A DNA stretch of 54,852 nucleotides from a virus (Duplodnaviria; Caudoviricetes), in IMG/VR virus record IMGVR_UViG_3300022206_000004, positions 1-54,852 of that record. One strand, written 5' to 3'. The translations under genes were made by a program, and so were the position numbers. The notes under the pieces are model-generated. The model had not been told where the DNA came from, did not search any database, and saw only the letters and a program-made list of their open reading frames with translations. This document shows positions 1-8,997 of the stretch, piece after piece (the stretch's first letter is position 1; each line of letters starts with the position of its first letter).

Positions 1-698
1 GTATGGGTAGCCCCTGTGTTCATCGGGTACACCTCAGGCGGGGCCTGCATACCTGGCATTGCGGCTCCTGGCTCCATGCTTGGCATCGGTACCGGAGATG
101 CCCCAACTGGGCCAACGGTCCTCTGGCTTGGCATGGGTACTGGTCCTGCACCACCCGGTATAGGCTCGAACGCACCACCGATCTCAGGTCTACCAGGACC
201 CTCAGTCCTAATTTTTTCCTGTTGTTCTGGCGTTATACCCGCTGTCCCAGGTGTGGGTGCTGGCACTCCACCCTGGTTGAATTGAGCCAGTGCTGCAGCT
301 AACTGAGCAGCTAGGTACTTGGCTAACGGAGTTTCAATCGTATTACCAAGCTTATCCTTAGGTGCATTTTTCCGCTCTGCCTCTAGGGCCTTTTGGATTT
401 TGTCCACCCGCTTCTCTTTCTTGGCTTCCCTAGCTGTCCTCTCAGCGTCAAGTTTAGCCATAACAGCCTCATGCTGTTTCTGTGCCTTCTCGTAAGATGC
501 AAGCACTTTCTTCTGTGCTTCTCTTACGTGACCGGGAAGCGGAAAGTCCTCTGCTCTCATGCCGGGTATAGCGTCTGGTCCAGTCCCTATGGGACCGTAT
601 TGACCTGCCCTTGGGCCTGATACCCTACCAGACGGCACACTCCCTATGGGCTGAATGAAGCCGCTGCTGTTTCGTCTGTATCCTCTTGGAACTGCCAT
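1..698 (-). CDS. Pro/Gly-rich putative internal virion (ejection) protein; runs off the left edge and probably ends at 54834 across the circular junction
   Basis: ATG at 698 with GGAGG RBS. Hand translation is open to position 1 (MAVPRGYRRNSSG...MPGMQAPPEVYPMNTGATH) and continues TGSATF* if joined to the right end. Not in the ORF track. Confidence 0.7.
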   Translation of the reverse strand, partial: MAVPRGYRRNSSGFIQPIGSVPSGRVSGPRAGQYGPIGTGPDAIPGMRAEDFPLPGHVREAQKKVLASYEKAQKQHEAVMAKLDAERTAREAKKEKRVDKIQKALEAERKNAPKDKLGNTIETPLAKYLAAQLAAALAQFNQGGVPAPTPGTAGITPEQQEKIRTEGPGRPEIGGAFEPIPGGAGPVPMPSQRTVGPVGASPVPMPSMEPGAAMPGMQAPPEVYPMNTGATH

Positions 699-707
699 TG
701 TATCCTC

Positions 708-1373
708 CTACGTTGGTCTAGGTGTCATTAGTCCAGGTCCTTGATTGGGTCCCGTTACCCTTCTGAACGGATTAGATGGTGTCGAGAGGGACCGAATACT
801 CGCACCACCGCTAGTAGGGTTTCCGTAAGGATTCTGCAAACCTAGACGTTCTAGCGCCGGGTTCCTCCTGTTGAATCCAGCATTAATCCCAGTACCACCT
901 GGCATCTGGAACCCTAACATCTCCATCTGTCGAGCCATCTCTCTCTGCTGCGACCTGGATATGTCACCATAACCAAATTGCTCCATCATCTCAGGAGTCA
1001 TAACGCCAGTCTGGTTGTAGAGATTCATCAACCTAGCCATGTCTGCCTTCTGCTCCTCTAGGGAGAACTGCTTCTCCCAGTTGGCCTGCTCCTGCTGTCT
1101 CTGTGATTCCCATGCAGCTTGCTGGGTCTCAAACTGTTCCTGTTTCTGCCCCATCCTGGTAGCTTCCACACCAGCCCGTGCAGCGGCTTGTCCAGCCTCT
1201 TCAGCATAGGGTGCCATACCCCTAGCCACGTTCTGCATAGCTGATCCCACCCCCTGCCGCTGTGCTAACTGCAGTAGGTAGTCGTACATTCCAGACCTTT
1301 GCTTCCGCAGGTTAGGCATCATACCCTGCTGAAGTTGGTCCATGTACTGTTTGTAATACGGTGAAGTTGCCAT
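708..1373 (-). CDS. Q/M/G-rich coiled-coil protein, putative ejection/pilot protein
   Basis: 221-aa low-complexity helical ORF downstream of the tail genes, where podoviral ejection proteins lie. Confidence 0.55.
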   Translation of the reverse strand: MATSPYYKQYMDQLQQGMMPNLRKQRSGMYDYLLQLAQRQGVGSAMQNVARGMAPYAEEAGQAAARAGVEATRMGQKQEQFETQQAAWESQRQQEQANWEKQFSLEEQKADMARLMNLYNQTGVMTPEMMEQFGYGDISRSQQREMARQMEMLGFQMPGGTGINAGFNRRNPALERLGLQNPYGNPTSGGASIRSLSTPSNPFRRVTGPNQGPGLMTPRPT

Positions 1374-1375
1374 GA

Positions 1376-1831
1376 TTAACCCCCCTCCTCTGTCTCATAA
1401 TGTTTATTCTTGTGAACCCAAACCTCTGCGTAGTAAGGGCAAGTGGTACATTCCTTATAGAAGGAGCGCCTTCTCTTCCTCTTGCTCTGACATTCGTTTA
1501 CGGGTTCGCCTACCATCTTATCTCCACAGCGTGGACAGAATCCAACCACAACCCTTGGGCGACCAGGGTCTGGTCCTTCTTCCATTGCTGCCATCTTTCG
1601 TTTCTTTTCCTCGTACTTACTGTTTGTTGTTGTCATGCTTTCGGCATGTACCCTACGCTCGTTTTCAATACCATCTAAAAGTTCCTGCATTAGTGCAGTG
1701 GCATCACCATTCCACCCAAAACGTTCTAGGAACTGTTTAACCGCATAGAGACTCTGAAGTTCAAATGCCGTTGCAAAAGTCTTAAGTTCTTCCATCATGT
1801 CCCACAACTCCCTGTGCATTCCCATACCCAT
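1376..1831 (-). CDS. Zinc-finger protein
   Basis: CPRC and CTTC pairs; tightly packed with neighbouring genes. Confidence 0.6.
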   Translation of the reverse strand: MGMGMHRELWDMMEELKTFATAFELQSLYAVKQFLERFGWNGDATALMQELLDGIENERRVHAESMTTTNSKYEEKKRKMAAMEEGPDPGRPRVVVGFCPRCGDKMVGEPVNECQSKRKRRRSFYKECTTCPYYAEVWVHKNKHYETEEGG

Positions 1832-2934
1832 ACAGCCCCACTCATTGCAAGCCAGTTATTGGTACAGTCTTGGCATCCGTTACAACAGTATACTGACTGC
1901 TGAATCCACTTATACCAGCCATCATCACATGATAACCCTCTGTCACCGTTTATGCAGATACCACCCCCCCAACAAATTATATTGTATTTGTGTAGCTCAT
2001 CACCAGTTGACGGTCCATTTTCTATACTAGTCCCGCACCAAGGGCCACTACAGGTACCAGCAGCAGAGAAGCTACCACAGGTTCTCCATCCCCCGGTGGT
2101 GATACGAACACTCTTAGAAGCAGTGGCGTAGCATCCATACTTCTCGTCCCATATGGTTACGGTGAATCCCCCACAGGCACCACTTGGTATTGACACTGTG
2201 ACTGTGCTTCCAGCATCATTCATTTCGCACCCAAGCACACACCCACTGTTACTATCCACCACACAGCTATACCCATTACATGCAGGGCTTATAGTGCCGT
2301 ACCATGTCCCTGGTGAGGCAACTGTGTCTGACCCGGTTAGTGATACTGAGTCATTGCAGCAATCCTTGCACGTTACCTCGACCTCCATATCTCCAACGCA
2401 GTCCAGTGGACCCTGATACTTTATATTAAATTTACCAGTCGCCTCAGAGTCACAGCATACAGTAGCCATGACAGGGCCTGAGAACAACATCTTGCAGTCA
2501 CCTGACTGGAACTCCTTATTGATTATCTCCCACGACCCGAACGCAGCCCACCACGGTGCTATCTCACAGCCCAACCAAAGGTGTGCCTGAGACCATGTAA
2601 AGCACTGGTCACACTCCATGCTATCTGGGCCAACAACACCAGCCCAAACGCAGTCCTCATCTATGGAGCATGGGTGAGGTACCGGATCAGGAAAATCAAT
2701 AGGTGGAATTGTAGGCCAATCTTTGTCGGGCCAGGTCCACTCCCAACTTGGGTAATCCTCGTTATCATTGCCATAAGGTTTCTGGAACTCTGAGTACTCT
2801 GTTAGGTCACCGTCGCTTCCAGCTTCCCACGTCTTCCACCTAACCATATCCAGGTAGTCTCTGTCACCAGCAAGGTACGGCTTGTCCATCATTCCTAAGT
2901 ACTGGTCATCCCCATATGAGTCTATATTACTCAT
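1795..2934 (-). CDS. Cys-rich protein, probable tail accessory or receptor-binding protein
   Basis: 379 aa with about 30 Cys, beta-rich; start overlaps the stop of the upstream tail gene. Confidence 0.6.
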   Translation of the reverse strand: MSNIDSYGDDQYLGMMDKPYLAGDRDYLDMVRWKTWEAGSDGDLTEYSEFQKPYGNDNEDYPSWEWTWPDKDWPTIPPIDFPDPVPHPCSIDEDCVWAGVVGPDSMECDQCFTWSQAHLWLGCEIAPWWAAFGSWEIINKEFQSGDCKMLFSGPVMATVCCDSEATGKFNIKYQGPLDCVGDMEVEVTCKDCCNDSVSLTGSDTVASPGTWYGTISPACNGYSCVVDSNSGCVLGCEMNDAGSTVTVSIPSGACGGFTVTIWDEKYGCYATASKSVRITTGGWRTCGSFSAAGTCSGPWCGTSIENGPSTGDELHKYNIICWGGGICINGDRGLSCDDGWYKWIQQSVYCCNGCQDCTNNWLAMSGAVWVWECTGSCGT

Positions 2935-5900
2935 TTGACCTTCCCCTGTCTACCGTGGTAGAGTGACCTATGAGCTTCATTCTTGCCTTAGTGCTTCTGT
3001 TTCGTATTCTAAATTTAGATGTCTTCTGGCCTGGGTATACCTTAAGATTCTTCTGGAACGCACCGAAGATTTTGCCCAGCCATGTCATTGATCTCTTACC
3101 AACCTCAACCGGGGTCTCTAAACCATCTGGGTATTCATCTACCTCTATCATCCCACCCTCATCATCAGATTCAGCCCAGACGCTAAACAGTCTTTGTTTA
3201 ATACCATCTGACCAACCAACCTTCATGTCTTGTGTTACGACAAAGGCATCTACGGCAGTTGCAGTCCCAGATGTGTTAACATCGGTAACCCCAGTGTCAA
3301 GTAGATAGAACTTACCGTTGTTGAATCCACCAGCAACCATATACATCTTATTATTTATCACGGAGAGTATCGCACCAATGTCGGTAGCGTAGTCAAATAT
3401 ACCATACCACATTGTTGGAACATGAAGTACAAGAACCTTTGTTGGTGTAGTTGCCGATGATCCTGAGTACACAGACCACATAACAAGCTGGTTAGTAAAG
3501 TCATACGAGCCATACGTCCTATCAAGATACGTCGGGTTAATGTAGTCATCATGGTCAGCATCAAAGAAGCTGTCTATATCTGGAGCAGATATTTTCCATA
3601 TACGTACCCCATCGAATAGCCAAAATCCATCGTTGAACTGCCAGGTAAGCAGCACCTTGATACTGTCATTGACATTAACACCTGACTCAACAGACACAAG
3701 ACTCTGGGGCGCACTTATCCCTACATTAGCTGATAGCCTAAGTCTACCAAAGTTCTGAGGTGCATTACCCTGGAGCATCCACATCTCAGTGTCTGCGTAG
3801 ATTACCGTTTCATTGTAGAACGGTGCGGCAGCACGGAGTGGCCTTTCTCCGAAATAGACGTATCCACTATCATTGCCGTTCCATACATTGGGAAGGTTAG
3901 ACGCAGAGTATCTAACAGCGTTCTCGTCCCCCCGTGGGGCAAGCTGCCATGCCCTCCTCTTGTAGGCAAAACACCCATAGCACGACTCCGGGTCTTGTCC
4001 AAGTGGCATCCCAGCTACGTAATATATGCCGCACGGGTCTGTAAGCGTTGCACTCCATTCAATCTTGTACCAATACATCGGTACGCTATCACCAGCAATG
4101 GTGGTCATTTTCTCATTGTCCTCACCAGGATCAGCCCACGATAATCTACCCTTCTGGGCAAAGCTGCCACTTCCTGACTTTGTGGTGTCGGTTATGGTGC
4201 CAACCGATGTTGCCGTACCTGAGGTATTGTAGTAATAGATAGCATCTACCACAGAAGCTGTCGCATTAGGCTCCTCTGATGGAATATAAACATCCACGCC
4301 AGAGCATCGTTCAGCAAACCCAACATAGAGGGCATATGACGATGTTGCCCCGGACAGGTCTACAGCTTGGCCCTCAACCATGTTATTAACATAGGCAGTG
4401 TAGTCAGCATATGTAGTGCCGTCATATAAATAACATCCAGTACATATTCTGCCAAGACCGTCCCACAGGTCTTTAACTTCACCCATCGGGGTGTGTACCG
4501 TAATCTTCTCAACCGTGACATCTGAGTCCAATGGTACCAATGGCTTTATTTTGTATGCGTATCCAGGTATACCCTGTATTTCAGTGGGTATCTCATCACT
4601 TGGAGGGTCCCACGTCATTGAACCGTCCTGCCCCATTGTAGCCTCTGATGTTCTCGTACCATCTGAGAAACCATTACCAGTTAATACTCCACCAGTTGTA
4701 CCAACCTTAATCCACTCATACCGTGTGGTTTCACAATCGAAGCCAGCATCTGAAATATCCACGCATAGTAAATAGCCGTCTGTAGCACCAATAAGCCAGT
4801 CATTATCCTGGTCTGTCCACAAATTAGTATCATTAATCCATAGTGATGATGTAGTTGGGTTATTGGTAAAATCAACAGTCTGGGTAATGGTGAAGTACCC
4901 ATCTGTCAGTTCTTCACCAAGTAGTGCGGAAAAGTCATACCCCTGATTACTACTACCGTTATTATAATATCTATATGCCGTATGTCCCCTCAAGTATACT
5001 AACGACCTATAGTTACTACCAGTAGGACCTGGGTCCAATACAATCTGGCTCAGTGACGAAAGATTATGGTTAAACCTATGGATACGTACAGTCAAGGTTA
5101 TAACATCATTATAGAAAGTACCAGCGTCGCAGGTTCTTCTTGCACCACCACCGGAGGTTGTGTCACATTTAAAAACCTCCCTACCATTCCAGGTCTCCTC
5201 AGTAGATTCACCAGGTGCAGAGTCAAAGTCTCCCCAGGTTACAGGTGGTGCAGCGAAAGTATCGCAATCCTCATCAATTATCTCACTACCTCCAAGATAG
5301 TAGTTCTTCTCTAGTAACGTCCAAGTACCATTCCAGTAGTATACCTCACACTCTCCCTTATTACTATTCAGTGATCCGAACTCAAATCCGATTGTGTCTG
5401 CAGGCATCTCAGAGATAACAGTTAGTTCGTCATCCCATGTCATAGAGTCTAACTCTAATACCGTTGCAGTATCTTCGTCTGTTGTTTCGTCATAAAAGTT
5501 TATATATTTACTGGTACCGCTGTCGTAAAAGAATACGCCACTTGGTTTATGTGAGGTACCCCTCCATATTAAGAACTCCTTGTCATTGGCAATAAGGATA
5601 GCCTTGGCAACATTCGCCCACTGTGATACCTCGCACGATGCCGTCAGGTCATACATTTCTGACCAGGTTATCGCAGTCGGTGGTAATGCGCTGCCGCTCA
5701 TTATACGCTCACCATTGGTTGAATCATATGTATGAGCCAGTATCACATTGGTAGTATCGTCAAGGGTGCGGAACTGAACCATGCTCTTGAATCTTAGCCC
5801 GGTAGCAACCGCTGAGGATGTAAGCTCAGACATTCCTCTCCGCTGCTTCCATCCGAATCCAGGCTGCATGTTCTGGGTGTCTGATAGCTCATCCTTCTCC

Positions 5901-5974
5901 AATAAGAGGGAACTTTTACCCTTAACCATCTTACCGAATCCAGCAGTGAACTCCTCCTCAGTTCTCTTCTTCAT
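2927..5974 (-). CDS. Tail nozzle/stabilization-type protein, paralog 2
   Basis: 1015 aa, follows the adaptor gene. Beta-propeller-like C-terminus (VRYSASNLP..W, VGISAPQSLV, DGFWLFDG) resembles P22 gp10/T7 gp12-type proteins. Aligns by eye to 5977..8997. Confidence 0.7.
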   Translation of the reverse strand: MKKRTEEEFTAGFGKMVKGKSSLLLEKDELSDTQNMQPGFGWKQRRGMSELTSSAVATGLRFKSMVQFRTLDDTTNVILAHTYDSTNGERIMSGSALPPTAITWSEMYDLTASCEVSQWANVAKAILIANDKEFLIWRGTSHKPSGVFFYDSGTSKYINFYDETTDEDTATVLELDSMTWDDELTVISEMPADTIGFEFGSLNSNKGECEVYYWNGTWTLLEKNYYLGGSEIIDEDCDTFAAPPVTWGDFDSAPGESTEETWNGREVFKCDTTSGGGARRTCDAGTFYNDVITLTVRIHRFNHNLSSLSQIVLDPGPTGSNYRSLVYLRGHTAYRYYNNGSSNQGYDFSALLGEELTDGYFTITQTVDFTNNPTTSSLWINDTNLWTDQDNDWLIGATDGYLLCVDISDAGFDCETTRYEWIKVGTTGGVLTGNGFSDGTRTSEATMGQDGSMTWDPPSDEIPTEIQGIPGYAYKIKPLVPLDSDVTVEKITVHTPMGEVKDLWDGLGRICTGCYLYDGTTYADYTAYVNNMVEGQAVDLSGATSSYALYVGFAERCSGVDVYIPSEEPNATASVVDAIYYYNTSGTATSVGTITDTTKSGSGSFAQKGRLSWADPGEDNEKMTTIAGDSVPMYWYKIEWSATLTDPCGIYYVAGMPLGQDPESCYGCFAYKRRAWQLAPRGDENAVRYSASNLPNVWNGNDSGYVYFGERPLRAAAPFYNETVIYADTEMWMLQGNAPQNFGRLRLSANVGISAPQSLVSVESGVNVNDSIKVLLTWQFNDGFWLFDGVRIWKISAPDIDSFFDADHDDYINPTYLDRTYGSYDFTNQLVMWSVYSGSSATTPTKVLVLHVPTMWYGIFDYATDIGAILSVINNKMYMVAGGFNNGKFYLLDTGVTDVNTSGTATAVDAFVVTQDMKVGWSDGIKQRLFSVWAESDDEGGMIEVDEYPDGLETPVEVGKRSMTWLGKIFGAFQKNLKVYPGQKTSKFRIRNRSTKARMKLIGHSTTVDRGRSNE

Positions 5975-5976
5975 AA

Positions 5977-8900
5977 TTACTCCTCAGCCCTGCCACGATC
6001 CGCTGTCGTGGAGTGTCCTATTAGAACCATCCTCGCATTCTTACTCCGGTTCCTTACCCTGAACTTAGTTGTCTTTTGACCAGAGAAGACCTTCAGGTTC
6101 CTCTGAAAAACACCAAACAGTTTACCCAACCACGTCATAGACCTTTTACCTATGTTTTGCGGTGTCACGCTACCGTCCGGGTACTCGTCTAGCTCTATCA
6201 TACCTCCTGCCGCTGCTGACTCAGCCCACACGGAGAGTAGTCTCTGTCTCATTCCGTCAGACACACTAATAAACATATCCCTGGTGACTGCGTAGGCATC
6301 TACGGCTACAGTGTTACCGGAGTCGTCAAGGTCTGTGATCCCGTCATAGAGTCTAAAGAACTTACCAGTGTCAAATGCACCGCCAACAGTGTAGTACCTG
6401 TCGTTAATTACTGGCAGTATACAACTAATCTCCGTACCATATTCATAGATACCGTACCACATAGACGGGAAGTGCATCACTATAACCTTGGTTGGTGTGG
6501 TAGCTGATGCACCAGAGTAGACAATCCACTGTGCTGTCTGCGACTCATGGTCGTATGTTCCGTATGTTTGATCAAGGTATGCAGGGTTTATGTAGTCTTC
6601 GTGCAGCGGATCGAAGAAACTATCTATGTCAGGTGCAGATATTTTCCAAATTCTACTGTTGTCGAAAACCCATATACCGTCAGCAAAAAACCATGTAACT
6701 ACGTTCTTGATCTTCTCATCAACAAGTATGCCAGATTCTACCGTAACTATACTGTTTACTGCGCTGCAGCCTATGGTACCTGACAATCTGAGTCTTCCAA
6801 AATTTGATGGCGTACTACCCTTGATCATCCATATCTCAGTGTCTGCGAATACCATTGCCTCATTATACAAGGACACTGCTGCCACTAATGGTCTCTCACC
6901 AAAGTATATGTACCCGCTGTCCAGTCCGTTCCACACAGTGGGTAGGTTGGCTGCGGAAAACCTTACTGCGTTCTCTTCGCCACTGGGAGCGATCTGCCAC
7001 ACCCTGCGTTTGAAAGCCAGCACACCTTTTGAAGGCAGTATGGCTTCGCCTATCGGTATACCCCGTATTCTATAAAGTGTCGTTGGGTCTGATAGGGTTG
7101 CATCCCACTCAAAAATATACCAGTACATCGGGGAGGTATCACCACCCACGGTGACTGGCTTCTCGTTTTCCTTACCGGGATCAAGCCAGGTAATAGTTCC
7201 CTTCTGACCAAAGCCTGCTGTGCCTGCTAGGGTACCGTCCTCGAAGCTTGATACCGCAGTCTCAGCGGCTCCTGCGTTGTGATAGTAAACAGCGTCTACC
7301 TGTGCGTTCTGTGTGTTTTGTTCATCAGATGCAGGATAAAATTCAATACCAGAAAGCCTATACGGAGAGCCAACAAACAGTCTATAAGACGTAGTAGCCC
7401 CGTTAAGGACTGCACCCTGTGCCTCAACGTCGTTATTAACGTAGGCAGTATAGTCCTTATACTTTGTGCCATCATACACATAGCACCCGGTGACGAATGT
7501 CTTTGACCCATCCCAAAGATTGCCTACCGGGTTCCACGGAGAGTACAGGCCGACCTCCTGTATATCCACTGAGGCATCTAAGTCGTTGGTGTATCCAAAT
7601 TTGTATACGTATCCTGGGATACCCTCAAGAGATGTTGGTAGCTCTGTTGAGGGGGCTGTTTCCCATGAAATTGTGTTCTTGCCTGCCGTGTTAAGAGATG
7701 TTCCCTCACGAATCCAATGGACATGGGCGTTCCCATCCCAACTAGCTTCCTTCTGGCAGTTAAAATAGCAAACTACCTGCACGTTTTCCGTGGTCCAGGT
7801 GTCATCCCTGGCTATCTCAGTCCAGTCACCTGGTTCTCCCTCATACGCCACCAGTGAATTACTAATCCTTGTAAATCTATAATACCAGGTTAATTCTCCG
7901 TTGCTTTGCGCTATCTCAGTCCAGCCCTCGTCCTGTCTAACACCGCCAATACGTATGTCGGAGTAGTGTCTTCTGGTACTAGTTGTCCATTGCCTACCAA
8001 CATATCCATCATTATTAGAGACAACCATTCCCTTAACGTAAAACCTGAAGTCGTTGTACCCAGAGGGGGTGTTCGGTGTGTCGGTCCCAACCGTCACATG
8101 ACAGACAATATCAAAGTCGCCAACTAGGTCTACCTTGCCCTGTGAGTATATTTGTGCTGAGGTGGAGTCTGTGTCTGGAACAAATACTAAGTCATTATCC
8201 TGAGAGAGCTTCCCGCTGGCATCTGACTCGGTCCACTTACTGGTGTCTATGACCGTACCTTCAAACTCCTCTCTAAGCTGAGAGTCCTCGGTACCATCGG
8301 TCATTGCGCCACAGCCGTTAGCTGCCATTATCTGTGACCACCCGGACCCGTTCCAGAAATACCCCACCAGGACAGCATTGTTGCTATTGGTATTTCCTAC
8401 TGTAGCCATGACATCAGTTACTGGCATCTCAGATATTGCGTACCAGAAGTCATTCCCAGCATCAAAACTATTCAGGGGCATTGAGGTTGCTGTGTCGCCA
8501 TCTGTCACTTCATCGTAGTAATTAATATAATTTCCAACGGTCTCGTCGAAGTAGAAGATACCTGTTGGCTTATGTTCCTCTCCTAACCATATAATAAAAT
8601 CTTCACCAGTAGCTACAACTATGGCGTTAGCCACGTTAGCCCACTGTGCTATCTCACAGCCTGCAGTAAGATCGTACATTTCTGACCAGGTGATTGAATT
8701 GGGGGGAAGCGCACTGCCCTTCATTATGCGCTCTCCGTTGGTGGAGTCGTAGGTGTGAGCCAGCAGGCAATCAGTACTCCCGTCTAGTGTACGGAATTGT
8801 ATAGCACTCTTAAAGCGCAAACCTGTGGCTACAGCACTTGCGGTTAGGGCTGTCATGCCCTTACGCTGTTTCCACCCATACCCAGGCGTGAGATTAAGGG

Positions 8901-8997
8901 TATCGCTCAACTGATCATCTGATAACATCAGCGAACTCTGTCCCTTGATCATCCTGCCAAACTTATATGCGAACTCTGCTTCGGTTTTCTTCTTCAT
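5977..8997 (-). CDS. Tail nozzle/stabilization-type protein, paralog 1
   Basis: 1006 aa with the same N- and C-terminal motifs as 2927..5974 and a central lectin/ConA-like insert. Confidence 0.7.
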   Translation of the reverse strand: MKKKTEAEFAYKFGRMIKGQSSLMLSDDQLSDTLNLTPGYGWKQRKGMTALTASAVATGLRFKSAIQFRTLDGSTDCLLAHTYDSTNGERIMKGSALPPNSITWSEMYDLTAGCEIAQWANVANAIVVATGEDFIIWLGEEHKPTGIFYFDETVGNYINYYDEVTDGDTATSMPLNSFDAGNDFWYAISEMPVTDVMATVGNTNSNNAVLVGYFWNGSGWSQIMAANGCGAMTDGTEDSQLREEFEGTVIDTSKWTESDASGKLSQDNDLVFVPDTDSTSAQIYSQGKVDLVGDFDIVCHVTVGTDTPNTPSGYNDFRFYVKGMVVSNNDGYVGRQWTTSTRRHYSDIRIGGVRQDEGWTEIAQSNGELTWYYRFTRISNSLVAYEGEPGDWTEIARDDTWTTENVQVVCYFNCQKEASWDGNAHVHWIREGTSLNTAGKNTISWETAPSTELPTSLEGIPGYVYKFGYTNDLDASVDIQEVGLYSPWNPVGNLWDGSKTFVTGCYVYDGTKYKDYTAYVNNDVEAQGAVLNGATTSYRLFVGSPYRLSGIEFYPASDEQNTQNAQVDAVYYHNAGAAETAVSSFEDGTLAGTAGFGQKGTITWLDPGKENEKPVTVGGDTSPMYWYIFEWDATLSDPTTLYRIRGIPIGEAILPSKGVLAFKRRVWQIAPSGEENAVRFSAANLPTVWNGLDSGYIYFGERPLVAAVSLYNEAMVFADTEIWMIKGSTPSNFGRLRLSGTIGCSAVNSIVTVESGILVDEKIKNVVTWFFADGIWVFDNSRIWKISAPDIDSFFDPLHEDYINPAYLDQTYGTYDHESQTAQWIVYSGASATTPTKVIVMHFPSMWYGIYEYGTEISCILPVINDRYYTVGGAFDTGKFFRLYDGITDLDDSGNTVAVDAYAVTRDMFISVSDGMRQRLLSVWAESAAAGGMIELDEYPDGSVTPQNIGKRSMTWLGKLFGVFQRNLKVFSGQKTTKFRVRNRSKNARMVLIGHSTTADRGRAEE

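Noticed and set aside
2927-8997. Diversity-generating retroelement or invertible tail cassette
   Set aside because: No reverse transcriptase and no near-identical TR/VR pair; the paralogs are co-oriented and diverged at synonymous sites.
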